Of a stretch of DNA of 64,000 bases, positions 41,263 to 51,273 are shown in pieces. How positions within the stretch are numbered: position 1 is the first letter of the stretch; each line of letters starts with the position of its first letter. The position numbers and the translations under genes are program-made. Source of the DNA: Candidatus Dojkabacteria bacterium UBA2259 (lineage in GTDB: Bacteria; Patescibacteriota; Dojkabacteria; SC72). Below the pieces are notes generated by a model. That model made no database searches. It was not told where the DNA came from and was given only the letters and a program-made list of their open reading frames with translations. The DNA is taken from NCBI GenBank assembly GCA_002347605.1, contig DDXN01000001.1, forward strand, positions 9,701 to 73,700. Reading direction: 5' to 3'.

Positions 41263-42603
41263 CTAGTCCCGGGAGACACAACGAACACCGAAGGAAGTAT
41301 ACGTCTTCTCGTCATTGTGGGTATCCCCATCGCCCAAGCGTACGTACCAAGCAAGAAAGGAAAGGAAGGCAGTCTCGGACGAAGACCAATATGTCCCATA
41401 GTGTATTGCCCGACCATCTCCAGTTGTAAACTCTGCCGCTTCTTGTAATGTGTTCCCTGCTTGATTATACATCCCATCTATATATGCTAACATTAACTCT
41501 TTTTGTGATGGTAAATACCAATTACTTCTACCATCTAGTTCCAACTCTGCACACCAGTTTATTGCATTACCACAATCAGCGTCTAAACCATCATATAAAC
41601 TTCTTGGTACTGAATTAAAGTAATCACAGACTCCAAGAGATATTTCTGTAAAATTATTTGTATTAGATATTGGTGGATCTTGTGATAACATTACAGGAGT
41701 CTGATCACTACTCCAATATATTCCTGCTCTCTCATCCTTCCATATATTGTCTGATACATAGGTCCATATGGCTTCTTCCCCATGATAGTCTTCTGGTGAT
41801 AACGGCTTTTCAAACCATCCAAAATAGTCTACTCCTCCCATATTATCATATGCACTGTACTGCATATTACTAAAATCTATTGGTGTTGGTGGGGTATATG
41901 TACCTGTTAATAGTGTTCCTGAATTTGAATAGAATTTCTTCCCATCTAATACCTCATCTACTCCTGCATCTCCTAGAAATGACCATGTACCTGTTAATAG
42001 TGTACTTGAGTTAGAATAGAATTTCTTGCCTGACATTACGTCTGTTACAGATGTATCTCCTAAATACGATACTACTGGTGGAGTATATATACCTGTTAAT
42101 AATGTCCCTGAATTTGAATAAAAAGTCTTACCCGCTAATACATCTGATACTGATGCACTCCCCTTATACGATACTATTGGTGTTGAAGGAAGTACAAGAG
42201 TACCTGTAAGTAACTCCCCTGAATCTGAATAGAATCTATTTCCTGTTAAAACATCCTCTACCGATGTGTCTCCTAGGAATGTAAACTCCTCTGGAGTGTA
42301 TGTACCCGTTTGAATATCCCTAGACCTATTGTAAAAAGTCTTCCCCTCTAACACATCACTCGCTGTTACACTACCATTAGGAGCCCATTCTGAAGCTTCT
42401 GTTACTTTCTGTACTATTACATCAATATCATCCTCTGGGACATCTTGAGTATATCCTAGCTCTACTAACTTCCCATATATACCTTTTACATCTCCCTCTA
42501 TACTCTTGGTACTTACTTCTTCTTTAAGTGGTTTAAAAAGGAATACTATTATCAAAGTTACTATTGCACCAATTATGAACGAAAGGATATATTTCTTGTT
42601 CAT
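41263..42603 (-). CDS. membrane-anchored repeat protein with C-terminal DUF1566/CLec-type domain; putative DGR target
   Basis: N-terminal TM; 5 stalk repeats; WKDERAGIYW, NWYLPSQKEL, YWSSSE...AWYV...GVRCV. Confidence 0.85.
   Translation of the reverse strand: MNKKYILSFIIGAIVTLIIVFLFKPLKEEVSTKSIEGDVKGIYGKLVELGYTQDVPEDDIDVIVQKVTEASEWAPNGSVTASDVLEGKTFYNRSRDIQTGTYTPEEFTFLGDTSVEDVLTGNRFYSDSGELLTGTLVLPSTPIVSYKGSASVSDVLAGKTFYSNSGTLLTGIYTPPVVSYLGDTSVTDVMSGKKFYSNSSTLLTGTWSFLGDAGVDEVLDGKKFYSNSGTLLTGTYTPPTPIDFSNMQYSAYDNMGGVDYFGWFEKPLSPEDYHGEEAIWTYVSDNIWKDERAGIYWSSDQTPVMLSQDPPISNTNNFTEISLGVCDYFNSVPRSLYDGLDADCGNAINWCAELELDGRSNWYLPSQKELMLAYIDGMYNQAGNTLQEAAEFTTGDGRAIHYGTYWSSSETAFLSFLAWYVRLGDGDTHNDEKTYTSFGVRCVSRD
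41885..42378 (-). repeat. five intragenic tandem repeats (about 29-37 aa; G-x4-DVLxGKxFYSNSGxLLTGT)
   Basis: Visible in protein and DNA (recurring TACCTGTTAATA and GAATAGAAT on the plus strand). Confidence 0.9.
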
Positions 42604-42878
42604 TTAATATATATAATTTGATGTTTAATAATATGGTTAATGATAGCAATATATGAAAAATATTTCAAAAACTTATGGAGGTTATAGTAGAAGGCTATAT
42701 GTAATACAAGTAAAAAGTTCCAAAATATTTCTATATGCATATTTTTATATAATCTTTTGTAACATTAATAACCCTTTGATAAGGAAAAACTTTTTATTGT
42801 TTTCAATATTCTGTTGAAATCTATTAAACACTTAATACTCTATTAAATAGGTAGTAGAAAATATGTGAACAATAAGTA

Positions 42879-43397
42879 TTATTCCTCGCTCTCTTCCTCT
42901 TTTTCTTTACTATCTGAATCTTTCAATATCTTTTTATCACTGACTGGAATAATCTTTACTCTTCTGTCTTCTCCCTCTCCAACGCTCTCTGTTTTAATAT
43001 CATCAAATACCTGAAGTGTAACATGAACTGTTCTCCTATCTGATGGACTCATAGGCTCTAACTCAATAGGCTCTCCTAGTATTCTTGCATCATCTGCTTT
43101 CTGCATAGCAATACTCTCTATTTTTTTGTTTCTCTCCTGCTTGTACCCACAAACATCTAAGAGTACTCTGTAGTTAGTACCCTCCGCTAACTTCTTTCTC
43201 AAGATCATACTAAATATATATTGAAGAGATTCCAAGTGTTTACCACGATTTCCAATTAAATACCCTAGGTTGTCTCCAGAAAAAGAAACTTTAATATATG
43301 AAACTCCATCTGTCTCTTCAATTTTAAGTTCATATATTGCATCTATATCTAAAAATGAAAGTAGGGAATCTAATTCTTTTTTAATAGTTTCTTCCAT
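42879..43397 (-). CDS. jag: Jag/EloR RNA-binding protein (KH + R3H, no N-terminal Jag domain)
   Basis: LIGNRGKHLESLQ, PMSPSDRRTVH, TESVGEGEDRRV; lies downstream of yidC. Confidence 0.92.
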   Translation of the reverse strand: MEETIKKELDSLLSFLDIDAIYELKIEETDGVSYIKVSFSGDNLGYLIGNRGKHLESLQYIFSMILRKKLAEGTNYRVLLDVCGYKQERNKKIESIAMQKADDARILGEPIELEPMSPSDRRTVHVTLQVFDDIKTESVGEGEDRRVKIIPVSDKKILKDSDSKEKEEESEE

Positions 43398-43414
43398 CTA
43401 AATATTTATTAAAA

Positions 43415-44263
43415 TTATTTCTTCTTTTTCTTAAGAACATCTAAGAGGTTTTGGACACCCTTTTTTGTTTTGTTAAAATCAAATGATACATATTGAACAA
43501 CTAGGAGAAGGGACTGTATCATCCAATACCATCCCAGTGCCGTTGGCATACTAATTGTAAAGAATACTGTCATAGCCGGAAGTAAAAACATTGTAGATTT
43601 CTGCATACCTGCTTGCATCCCCTCCATCGGAGATGCCTCTGCCCTCTTCTTTGTATTGTCCTTTTTAGGTGCAGACACATTCTGCATCTTCTGTGTAAAG
43701 AGAGTGGTAAAGTACTGAGTAACACCTACAAGTACTGAAAGAAGAATGTACGGAATACTCTGCCCAGAGAATTTACCAAACTCAGCAGCTACATCTTTGT
43801 ATGATTTTGTTAATTCCCAAAACAGAAACTTTGTATTAATGCTAACATCTTCTGATATGTTCGTGACATTTACAACCCATGGATAGAGACCCTCTAGGTT
43901 ACTTGAGGTCACGGCCCTGATAACCCCTATTAATGCGGAGAGTATTACTAACTGTGGTATAAAGGTACCTATACAACCAAGTGGGTTATACCCTGTCTTT
44001 TTATACAACTTTACCTGCTCTTGTGCTAATAGCTCTTTGTTGTTTGCATACTTCTTTTGTAATTTGTCTAACTCTGGTTTAATAGCTGCCATCTTTCTTG
44101 TCATACCTGTTTGCTTTTTTACAAGAGGTATCATTACAATCCTTGCTACAACAGCAATACCTAGTATTGCCAACCCTAGGTTGTTACCAAAAAAATGGTA
44201 AAACAAAATCATTAGGTTAAGTATCGGATAGAAAAGGACTGTATTCCAAATTGTTGAAAACAT
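43415..44263 (-). CDS. yidC: membrane protein insertase YidC (short form)
   Basis: IKPELDKLQKKY, LYKKTGYNPLGC, ALGWYW. Confidence 0.95.
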   Translation of the reverse strand: MFSTIWNTVLFYPILNLMILFYHFFGNNLGLAILGIAVVARIVMIPLVKKQTGMTRKMAAIKPELDKLQKKYANNKELLAQEQVKLYKKTGYNPLGCIGTFIPQLVILSALIGVIRAVTSSNLEGLYPWVVNVTNISEDVSINTKFLFWELTKSYKDVAAEFGKFSGQSIPYILLSVLVGVTQYFTTLFTQKMQNVSAPKKDNTKKRAEASPMEGMQAGMQKSTMFLLPAMTVFFTISMPTALGWYWMIQSLLLVVQYVSFDFNKTKKGVQNLLDVLKKKKK

Positions 44264-44315
44264 ATTATTATTAAGAAAAATATTAGAAATCTAGAGAATT
44301 ATACACTAAACTTAA

Positions 44316-44621
44316 CTATTTTTCAGGTATTGGGTCATACTGCCCTGGCTTACTCCACGGATTACATCTTACAACCCTTCTAATTAGTAAATAATTGCCT
44401 TTAAATATTCCAAATCTTTTTACAACACCATATCCATATTCTGAACATGTTGGAGTAAACTTGCATGCCCTTAGATTTGGGTATATTTTACCTAAATACC
44501 CATGATCTAGAGAGAGTGTTCTTTTATACAGGTCTATTGTTAGTAGTTCAAGCTTTAAGAGTATCTCGAAGGGCAGTTTCAAACTGTATATTAAAGTCTT
44601 TTTCCAGTTTTTCATATTCAT
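44316..44621 (-). CDS. yidD: membrane protein insertion efficiency factor YidD
   Basis: CKFTPTCSEY, RCNPW, YDPIP; exact start uncertain. Confidence 0.92.
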   Translation of the reverse strand: MNMKNWKKTLIYSLKLPFEILLKLELLTIDLYKRTLSLDHGYLGKIYPNLRACKFTPTCSEYGYGVVKRFGIFKGNYLLIRRVVRCNPWSKPGQYDPIPEK

Positions 44622-44883
44622 TACAATATTTATATGCTATATATATTCCTTTCATACCAATCCCATCCTTAATGTGCGTTTTAGTAATCTCCCTAAGTAG
44701 TCTTGTCATCCTATTTCTTTGTACTGCGTTCCCTATTTTTTTACTTACTACAAAGGCAAACCTAAACTCCTTTTGGGTACTTTTTTGTATAACCAACATA
44801 CCATACTCTCCACGAAATTTTTTACCCTGTTTATGAAGTAGTTGAAAGTATTTTTTGTTCAAACGATTTTCTTTGGGAAGCAT
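44548..44883 (-). CDS. rnpA: ribonuclease P protein component
   Basis: MLPKENRL, FVVSKKIGNAVQRNR. Confidence 0.95.
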   Translation of the reverse strand: MLPKENRLNKKYFQLLHKQGKKFRGEYGMLVIQKSTQKEFRFAFVVSKKIGNAVQRNRMTRLLREITKTHIKDGIGMKGIYIAYKYCNEYEKLEKDFNIQFETALRDTLKA

Positions 44884-44896
44884 ATGCTAGTATACA

Positions 44897-45079
44897 CTAT
44901 CTGGCTCTAGACAGTGGTCTTTTTCTCTTAAGTTTGTATTCATTACTTACTGTAAGGAATTTTCTTCCTTTGGCTTTTCTCCTCTTTAAAACCTTTTTAC
45001 CATTGGCATTTTTGTTTCTTGCCATAAATCCAAACTTTCTGATTCTTTTTAAATTTTTTGGCTGATATGTTCTTTTCAT
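44897..45079 (-). CDS. rpmH: 50S ribosomal protein bL34
   Basis: MKRTYQP...FGFMAR...RRKAKGR. Confidence 0.97.
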   Translation of the reverse strand: MKRTYQPKNLKRIRKFGFMARNKNANGKKVLKRRKAKGRKFLTVSNEYKLKRKRPLSRAR

Positions 45080-45257
45080 TTTTATTTATTCATTCAAAAG
45101 CAGGCCTATTATATATTACCTTGTGGAGAGATAGCAAATATATTACATAAATTCTTTAAAGAAGAAATTCCCTTCCTATATGTATATTACTGATAGACAA
45201 AGGGCCAATAGAAAAGAAATCTTTCTTTACAAGCCTTTTTAAACATACAACTCTACT

Positions 45258-45266
45258 TTATCCACA
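45258..45266 (+). promoter_or_regulatory. perfect DnaA box upstream of dnaA
   Basis: TTATCCACA. Confidence 0.85.
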
Positions 45267-45357
45267 TTTTTTAGGAAATCAATATAATGAGATATTAGTC
45301 CCAATCGACCATGACTGCCCCTGTGTTTTATATATCTTCTTTATACTTTAATAGAGT

Positions 45358-46830
45358 ATGGATAAAATTGATTTTGAACAGTATGCCCAAAATATTCCAA
45401 AACCAGAGATAAAAGAGGTAGACGCATCTACCCTTGATATAGATGTGGATGATGTATGGAAGATTGTTAATGAGAATTTAAGGATGGTGTTAGATAGGGT
45501 AGAGTATGATTCTTGGTTTTCAGGTGCATATCTTGAAAGGATTCAAAACGGTGTAGCTACAATTTCATGTCCAAACGAATTCAAAAGGTCTGCAATATTA
45601 AAAGATTACAATAAGTTTTTGCAAAGCTGTTTAACTAAAGCTACTGGTCAGAATTTGCAGTTAGAGGTTGTTGTAAAGGCTGGTGAATCACAAAGACCTA
45701 AAGAGAGATACAGGTTTGTTACTCAAACGGGTAACCCAGTAGTTGACCTATTTACAAAAATGGAGGGAGACAAAAAGAAGTATGAAGATGCTGTTAAAAA
45801 GGCTAGATTAAATCCAAGATATACCTTTAAGACCTTTGTCGTGGGAAGTAACAATAGACTAGCAGAGGCTGTTGCCCAATCTGTTGTTTCAGATATGGAG
45901 AATGAAAGTATTGCTAAATCATATAACCCAGTTTTTTACTATGGTAATACCGGCGTAGGTAAAACTCACTTAATGCAAGCAATCGGGAATGAAGTATTAA
46001 GAGTAAATCCTACCAGAAGTGTAGTATATGTTTCAATTGAACAGTTCCTTAATGAAATGATAGAGGCTATTCGAACTAAAAAGAATGAAGATTTTAGAAC
46101 AAAGTACAGGGATGTGGACCTTTTAATAATTGACGATATTCAGTTTGTAGAAACATACCCTAAAACCCAAGAGGAGCTCTTCCACACCTTTAATACCTTG
46201 TACCAAGCGAATAAACAGATTATTCTAGCTTCAGATAGACCTCCAAGAGATATCAAAAATATTACAGATAGATTAAGAACAAGGTTCGAAGGAGGTATGG
46301 TGTGTGATATCCAGGCTCCAGAGTATGAGACAAGGTTGGCCATTCTAAAACAGATTATGCTTGAAAAAGGAGTAACCGTTCCAGATGCATTCTTGGATTT
46401 AATAGCTAAAAACATTGTAAATAGTGTAAGAGAGTTAGAGGGTGCTCTTAACAAAGTAATTACTCTCACAAAGCTTGGTCAGGTTCCATCTTACGAAGAG
46501 GTTGCTAGAATTTTACAAGTTGATATTGAGAGTAAAAGAAGAAGAGTTACTCCTGAAAAGGTTCTAGAAGTTGTATGCTCTGTCTTTGATGTATCAATAC
46601 GTTCAATTAAAAGTCCTAAAAAGACAGCAAGTTTAGCAACACCAAGACAGGTTGTTATGTTTCTTCTTAGAACGGAGTTAGAAACTTCATTGCTAGATGC
46701 GGCGAAGTGTGTTGGAAGAAAGGATCACACAACTGTGCTTCATGCTTGTGCTGCGATTCCAAAAAAAATAAAGTCAGATTCTACATTGTCAGAAAAAATT
46801 GAAAAGTGTAGGGGAGATCTCTTCTATTAG
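45358..46830 (+). CDS. dnaA: chromosomal replication initiator DnaA
   Basis: YNP..YGNTGVGKTHL, LIIDDIQF, QEELFHTFN, RELEGAL, RKDHTTVLHA. Confidence 0.99.
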   Translation: MDKIDFEQYAQNIPKPEIKEVDASTLDIDVDDVWKIVNENLRMVLDRVEYDSWFSGAYLERIQNGVATISCPNEFKRSAILKDYNKFLQSCLTKATGQNLQLEVVVKAGESQRPKERYRFVTQTGNPVVDLFTKMEGDKKKYEDAVKKARLNPRYTFKTFVVGSNNRLAEAVAQSVVSDMENESIAKSYNPVFYYGNTGVGKTHLMQAIGNEVLRVNPTRSVVYVSIEQFLNEMIEAIRTKKNEDFRTKYRDVDLLIIDDIQFVETYPKTQEELFHTFNTLYQANKQIILASDRPPRDIKNITDRLRTRFEGGMVCDIQAPEYETRLAILKQIMLEKGVTVPDAFLDLIAKNIVNSVRELEGALNKVITLTKLGQVPSYEEVARILQVDIESKRRRVTPEKVLEVVCSVFDVSIRSIKSPKKTASLATPRQVVMFLLRTELETSLLDAAKCVGRKDHTTVLHACAAIPKKIKSDSTLSEKIEKCRGDLFY

Positions 46831-47248
46831 TTAGTGTGGATTGTATGTGTATTATTGTTGATAACCTACTTAGTACTCCACATTCAAAAACGTTGATCTG
46901 TTAATAGAGTCCCTATTTAACAATGTTTCTTTAACAGACTCTTAAACACATAAATGCACATATTAACGATATTTATACACATTTTGTATACACATAGAAG
47001 AGAGACGGTAGTGAAGATATTTTAATGTATTGATAACTAAAATGAACAGTTAGGTTATCAACATTTGAAATTTATGAAAAAATCATTTACTAGAATCTGT
47101 AATTTAATTAATTTAAAACAGTTATCAACTTATCCATACTCTCTACTACTATGATAACTATATATATTTAATATTATAATAGTAGCAAAGAGATCCAATT
47201 TTAAGTAAAATATACTAGATAACTGCCTACTATCTAATATTAAATAAT
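46831..47248. other. replication origin oriC (dnaA-dnaN intergenic region)
   Basis: DnaA-box-like 9-mers at 46835, 46846, 46856 (reverse), 46973 (TTATACACA), 47055, 47122 and 47130; CTACTACTA at 47143-47151; AT-rich tract after it. Confidence 0.85.
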
Positions 47249-48376
47249 ATGAAAATGCAATTTACATGTAACCAAGATACCTTAGCGAAATACCTAGAGA
47301 TTATTAGCAGGGTAGTAAGTAGTAAACCAGGATTACCAATCCTTAATAATGTTCAGTTTGAAACAAGTAAGGGTAAGCTTCTAATGACTGCAACTGACTT
47401 AGAAATTGGGATTAGTACATGGATAGGTGCAGATGTTAAATCTGAGGGAAAAACTACAGTACCTGCTAAGCAGTTGACCGAGTTTGTTACATCTATTCCT
47501 TCTGATACAGTAGATGCTACTTTAGATAATCAAACTTTTAATATATCTACTACAAATAACTCTGCGAATTTCAATACCATGTCTGCAGAGGAATTTCCCT
47601 CAGTTGCTACTGTTACAGGGAAAAAACCTCTATTTAAGATATCTAAAGAGGATCTTTCTAAGGCTGTAAATAGAGTTGCATTTGCATCTGCCACAGATGA
47701 TATTAAACCTGTTTTAACAGGAGTACTTCTTGAAGTTTTAGGAGAGAGTGTTTCTTTTGTAGGTACAGATGGTTTGAGATTATCAAGACAGATTATCAAG
47801 TTAGACTCTAGTGCTGAAAAAGATGTAAACATATTAGTACCTGTTAAAGCCCTATTTGAGTTAGCACATATTGTTTCAGAAGTAGGGGATGATGATGATG
47901 TAGAAGTATATTTAATAGAGGACAGAAATCAGATTCTGTTTAGGTATAGCGATGTAGATTTGGTATCAAGATTAATTGATGGGCAGTTTCCAGAGTACAG
48001 GCAGATTATTCCTACTGGATACAAAACAATGTGTAAGGTATCTAGATCGGATTTTCTTAACTCTCTAAAAGTAACCAATATTATAGCCAAAAGTGTGCTT
48101 GGGAATAAATTGATATTGGATATTGACCCCTCTAATGACAAGATAGTTCTTTCTGCTACACAAACAGATTTGGGTAGCAACAAGAGCACATTTGAAGGGA
48201 AGATAGAAGGGGATAGTTTAAAAATAGCTTTTAGTTCGAGATTACTTGCAGATATTTTAAATCACTTAGATTCAGAAGATATATCTTTTGAATGTTGCGA
48301 AACTGTTAAACCAGGAGTGTTTAAAATTATTGATGATCCTGATTTTGTTCATCTAGTAATGCCGATGATGCTTTAA
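47249..48376 (+). CDS. dnaN: DNA polymerase III beta sliding clamp
   Basis: ATDLEIG, PVLTGV, GTDGLRLS, SRLIDGQFPEY, LVMPM. Confidence 0.98.
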   Translation: MKMQFTCNQDTLAKYLEIISRVVSSKPGLPILNNVQFETSKGKLLMTATDLEIGISTWIGADVKSEGKTTVPAKQLTEFVTSIPSDTVDATLDNQTFNISTTNNSANFNTMSAEEFPSVATVTGKKPLFKISKEDLSKAVNRVAFASATDDIKPVLTGVLLEVLGESVSFVGTDGLRLSRQIIKLDSSAEKDVNILVPVKALFELAHIVSEVGDDDDVEVYLIEDRNQILFRYSDVDLVSRLIDGQFPEYRQIIPTGYKTMCKVSRSDFLNSLKVTNIIAKSVLGNKLILDIDPSNDKIVLSATQTDLGSNKSTFEGKIEGDSLKIAFSSRLLADILNHLDSEDISFECCETVKPGVFKIIDDPDFVHLVMPMML

Positions 48377-49040
48377 AATCTTTGATTCTGTAACCCTGCC
48401 CATGAACAGTTTCAATTAAGCTTTTTCTAGGTAGCTTGTCTCTAAGCCTTTTAATATGTACATCAATTGTATTGGAACCTGTATAGCTTCTGTAATCCCA
48501 TACATGATCTAGTAGTTCACACCTACTAATGGTTCTATTTTTGTTTCTAACCAGATATTCTAATAACTGATACTCCTTCTTTCTTAAATCAATATCACTA
48601 TTCTTTGTTGATACAGTCTTGTTATTAGTATCAAGTAAGACATCTCCAATATACATTTTACTATCGACATAACTTAAAGGTCTTCTAAGTAGAGATTGTA
48701 TTCTTGCTATTAACTCTTGCATAGGAAAAGGGTAGGAAAGAACATCATCCCCACCATTATTTAGGAAACTAACCTTATCTTTCCATGTACCAATACTACA
48801 TATGCCCAATATCTTACTTTTGGAGTCTTTCTTACCCTTAACCTTTTTTAATATATCTAAAGTAGAATATTTACCTACCAGATTTGTATCTATAATTATT
48901 ATCTCAAAAAGACCCCTATTTACTAAATTTACACTAGCGAAATCTGCACTATCCTGGGTGATATTATACCCATATGCAAGTAAAGAATGTTTAAGGATAT
49001 GGGAAATGGTCTTAGATTTCTCTATAATTAAGATATTCAT
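48327..49040 (-). CDS. OmpR/PhoB-family response regulator (orphan)
   Basis: Receiver domain with IIID, GGDD..YPF; winged helix KEYQLLEYL, SNTIDVHIKRLRDKL, IETVHGQGY. Confidence 0.92.
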   Translation of the reverse strand: MNILIIEKSKTISHILKHSLLAYGYNITQDSADFASVNLVNRGLFEIIIIDTNLVGKYSTLDILKKVKGKKDSKSKILGICSIGTWKDKVSFLNNGGDDVLSYPFPMQELIARIQSLLRRPLSYVDSKMYIGDVLLDTNNKTVSTKNSDIDLRKKEYQLLEYLVRNKNRTISRCELLDHVWDYRSYTGSNTIDVHIKRLRDKLPRKSLIETVHGQGYRIKDFKASSALLDEQNQDHQ

Positions 49041-49084
49041 ATATTAATGTATAAAATTAATTTTAAAGAATAGAACTAAAGAGA

Positions 49085-49483
49085 ATGGATTCAAAACCCT
49101 ATAATCCAAGAAATCTTAAATTTGTATTTGTACTTACATTTCTATTAATACTCTCTGTTGTAATTTTGTTGTATTTACTCTCATTAAGAAATTTCTTACC
49201 ATTTAATACACAAAATCAGTATAACTGGATGAATATATTTACAGTTAGCTCTCTTCTTTTTTCATCTCTTTTTTCTCTTTCATCCTTGATATCCTACTTT
49301 TTACTACGTGTTGTTCTTAAAAAAGAGGAGGGTAGAGAGTTAAAGATAGTTTGTATAAAATGGGGGATGTTTTTTACACTTGGGATATTTCTCGTTGTAT
49401 TACTAAATTTCTTCCATATACTTAATATATATTGGGGATTAGGAATCCTTTTAGTTGTTATTGCTACCTCCTTTGTTATATGA
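49085..49483 (+). CDS. hypothetical membrane protein (4 TM)
   Basis: Four hydrophobic segments. Confidence 0.7.
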   Translation: MDSKPYNPRNLKFVFVLTFLLILSVVILLYLLSLRNFLPFNTQNQYNWMNIFTVSSLLFSSLFSLSSLISYFLLRVVLKKEEGRELKIVCIKWGMFFTLGIFLVVLLNFFHILNIYWGLGILLVVIATSFVI

Positions 49484-49492
49484 TATTGATAT

Positions 49493-50182
49493 ATGGCTGA
49501 ATCTTTCAAAAAGACAATAAAAAACGAATTTAGTGATATTATGGATATTCTCTCTGGAGAAATGAAACTGAGAGAGAGGGAGGAAAGTATTCAAAGGCTT
49601 AAAGAAGAGGCAAAAACTAGACAGAAAACTGAGAAAAGAAGAAGAATTGCCCAAAAGGAAATGGTATTAGAGGAGAGTGATATACCAACCAAAAAGGTAG
49701 TACAAAATATTAAGCTTTTTGAATGGGAAGCACCTGATAGATATAAACTTGATTTCAATAGGAAGAGTTTTTGGGTAATACTTGCATTTACACTTCTCTT
49801 TGTTCTTTTTTTGGCTATATTAGAACAGTATTACTTAATGGCTGCAATGATCTCCCTAATCTTCTTTATATATGTTGCTGGAACAAATAAACCAGTTACT
49901 ATTAAACATAGGATAACAGCAAGGGGAATAGATGCAGGGGGGAAGCTGTATGAATGGTTTATGTTAGATTCTTTCTGGTTTTCAATAAAAAATGGGCAGT
50001 ATTTTTTAATTGTTGAAACTAAACTAAGATATCCAAAGTCTTTAATTTTGCTTTTGGAAGGGGCAGACAAGGATGCAATATTTGTATTACTTCAGGAGAA
50101 AGTTTTGTACAAGGATATTAGGAAACAGAGTAGGATGGATATTCTCACTTATGGTAATTACATCCCATTTGAAGAGATTTAG
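49493..50182 (+). CDS. hypothetical membrane protein with PH-like C-terminal domain
   Basis: FEWEAP, two TMs, ITARGI..GKLYEW..LDSFW pattern. Confidence 0.7.
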   Translation: MAESFKKTIKNEFSDIMDILSGEMKLREREESIQRLKEEAKTRQKTEKRRRIAQKEMVLEESDIPTKKVVQNIKLFEWEAPDRYKLDFNRKSFWVILAFTLLFVLFLAILEQYYLMAAMISLIFFIYVAGTNKPVTIKHRITARGIDAGGKLYEWFMLDSFWFSIKNGQYFLIVETKLRYPKSLILLLEGADKDAIFVLLQEKVLYKDIRKQSRMDILTYGNYIPFEEI

Positions 50183-50218
50183 TATATATTGATGTATAAT
50201 TTCCAATAAGATATAGAT

Positions 50219-50312
50219 GGAGAGGTGCTAGAGTGGTCGAATAGGGCACACTCGAAATGTGCTGTTCGGGATATTTCCTGAACCGTGGGTTCAAATCCCA
50301 CCCTCTCCGCCA
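50219..50312 (+). tRNA. tRNA-Ser(CGA)
   Basis: GGAGAGG/CCTCTCC acceptor stem, GCACA-CTCGAAA-TGTGC anticodon arm, long variable arm, GCCA end. Confidence 0.97.
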
Positions 50313-50408
50313 TTATTAATATGTTTCAAGAACACTTTTTCTATAATTTACAAGTATATATAAAAATGTTAATGTGTACTTGGAATAAATTCATAAAACT
50401 ATTGAAAG

Positions 50409-51233
50409 ATGGACAACCAAATACAAACTGATAATCAAGAAACTCAAAACCCCAAAAAGGTTTCTATAAAAAGGATACTTATCGTCCTATGTATCATATT
50501 TTTACTATTTACCTCCCTTCTATTTGCATACCTTTATTATTCGGAGACACAGAAGGATATCAATACACCAGACCCTTCAAAGGCAGGAGCTGAAGATCAA
50601 CCCCAAGAGGATGAAGATAATCAAGCAAACGAGGATGATGAACAGGGAGATAAAAATCAAATAACTTTTAGATTTAGAGAGGAACTCCCAGACTTGTTAG
50701 TTAAATTAGATTATTTAGGAGAATTTGAAGAAGTAGGGGACCCTGTTTTCCCCTCACACCAATCATATTGCACTAGGGGTAGGGATGTGTATGTTCCTGA
50801 CTGTTTCTCTTATTATCCGAACAAAGAGATAATGATAAAATCTCTAGCAGATGACGAGACGATTGAATATCAAGATTTAAAGAAAGTTGCAAATATGAAT
50901 GATACCTATTACTTAAAAAGAGAGATTTCATGTGATGATTGTGATCCAACAGGCCGGGTTATTTCATGGACCCCAAAAATACAGGTAAAGGGCTACGAGG
51001 CAATACATATAACTTTTTATTATAATCCAACAGAGCTTGCTGGTGAAAAAACAGATTATAATAAAGATGCTTACTCTAGGGATGGTGGGGAAGATTGCGT
51101 AATTGATCTTAGCAAGATTCGTAGTACAGAAGAAGGATATTTGGTATTCTCCGGAATGCAAGCAGGAGAATCAAATATAGACTCCTGTGAGACATTAAAT
51201 AATATGACTACTTTTGAAATCAGCTTTCTTTAG
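50409..51233 (+). CDS. membrane-anchored, Cys-containing extracellular protein
   Basis: N-terminal TM, acidic linker, 6 Cys in the ectodomain. Confidence 0.8.
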   Translation: MDNQIQTDNQETQNPKKVSIKRILIVLCIIFLLFTSLLFAYLYYSETQKDINTPDPSKAGAEDQPQEDEDNQANEDDEQGDKNQITFRFREELPDLLVKLDYLGEFEEVGDPVFPSHQSYCTRGRDVYVPDCFSYYPNKEIMIKSLADDETIEYQDLKKVANMNDTYYLKREISCDDCDPTGRVISWTPKIQVKGYEAIHITFYYNPTELAGEKTDYNKDAYSRDGGEDCVIDLSKIRSTEEGYLVFSGMQAGESNIDSCETLNNMTTFEISFL

Positions 51234-51273
51234 ATTAGAGGTTTAACGATATTTTGAATATACTCTTGTAGAA

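Noticed and set aside
41004-42878. Complete DGR cassette at this locus
   Set aside because: No reverse transcriptase, avd or template repeat found by eye in the flanks or elsewhere in the window; only the target-side signature is reported
42604-42878. AT-rich intergenic stretch as a possible ncRNA or origin part
   Set aside because: No convincing stem-loops or DnaA boxes; likely just promoter or spacer DNA
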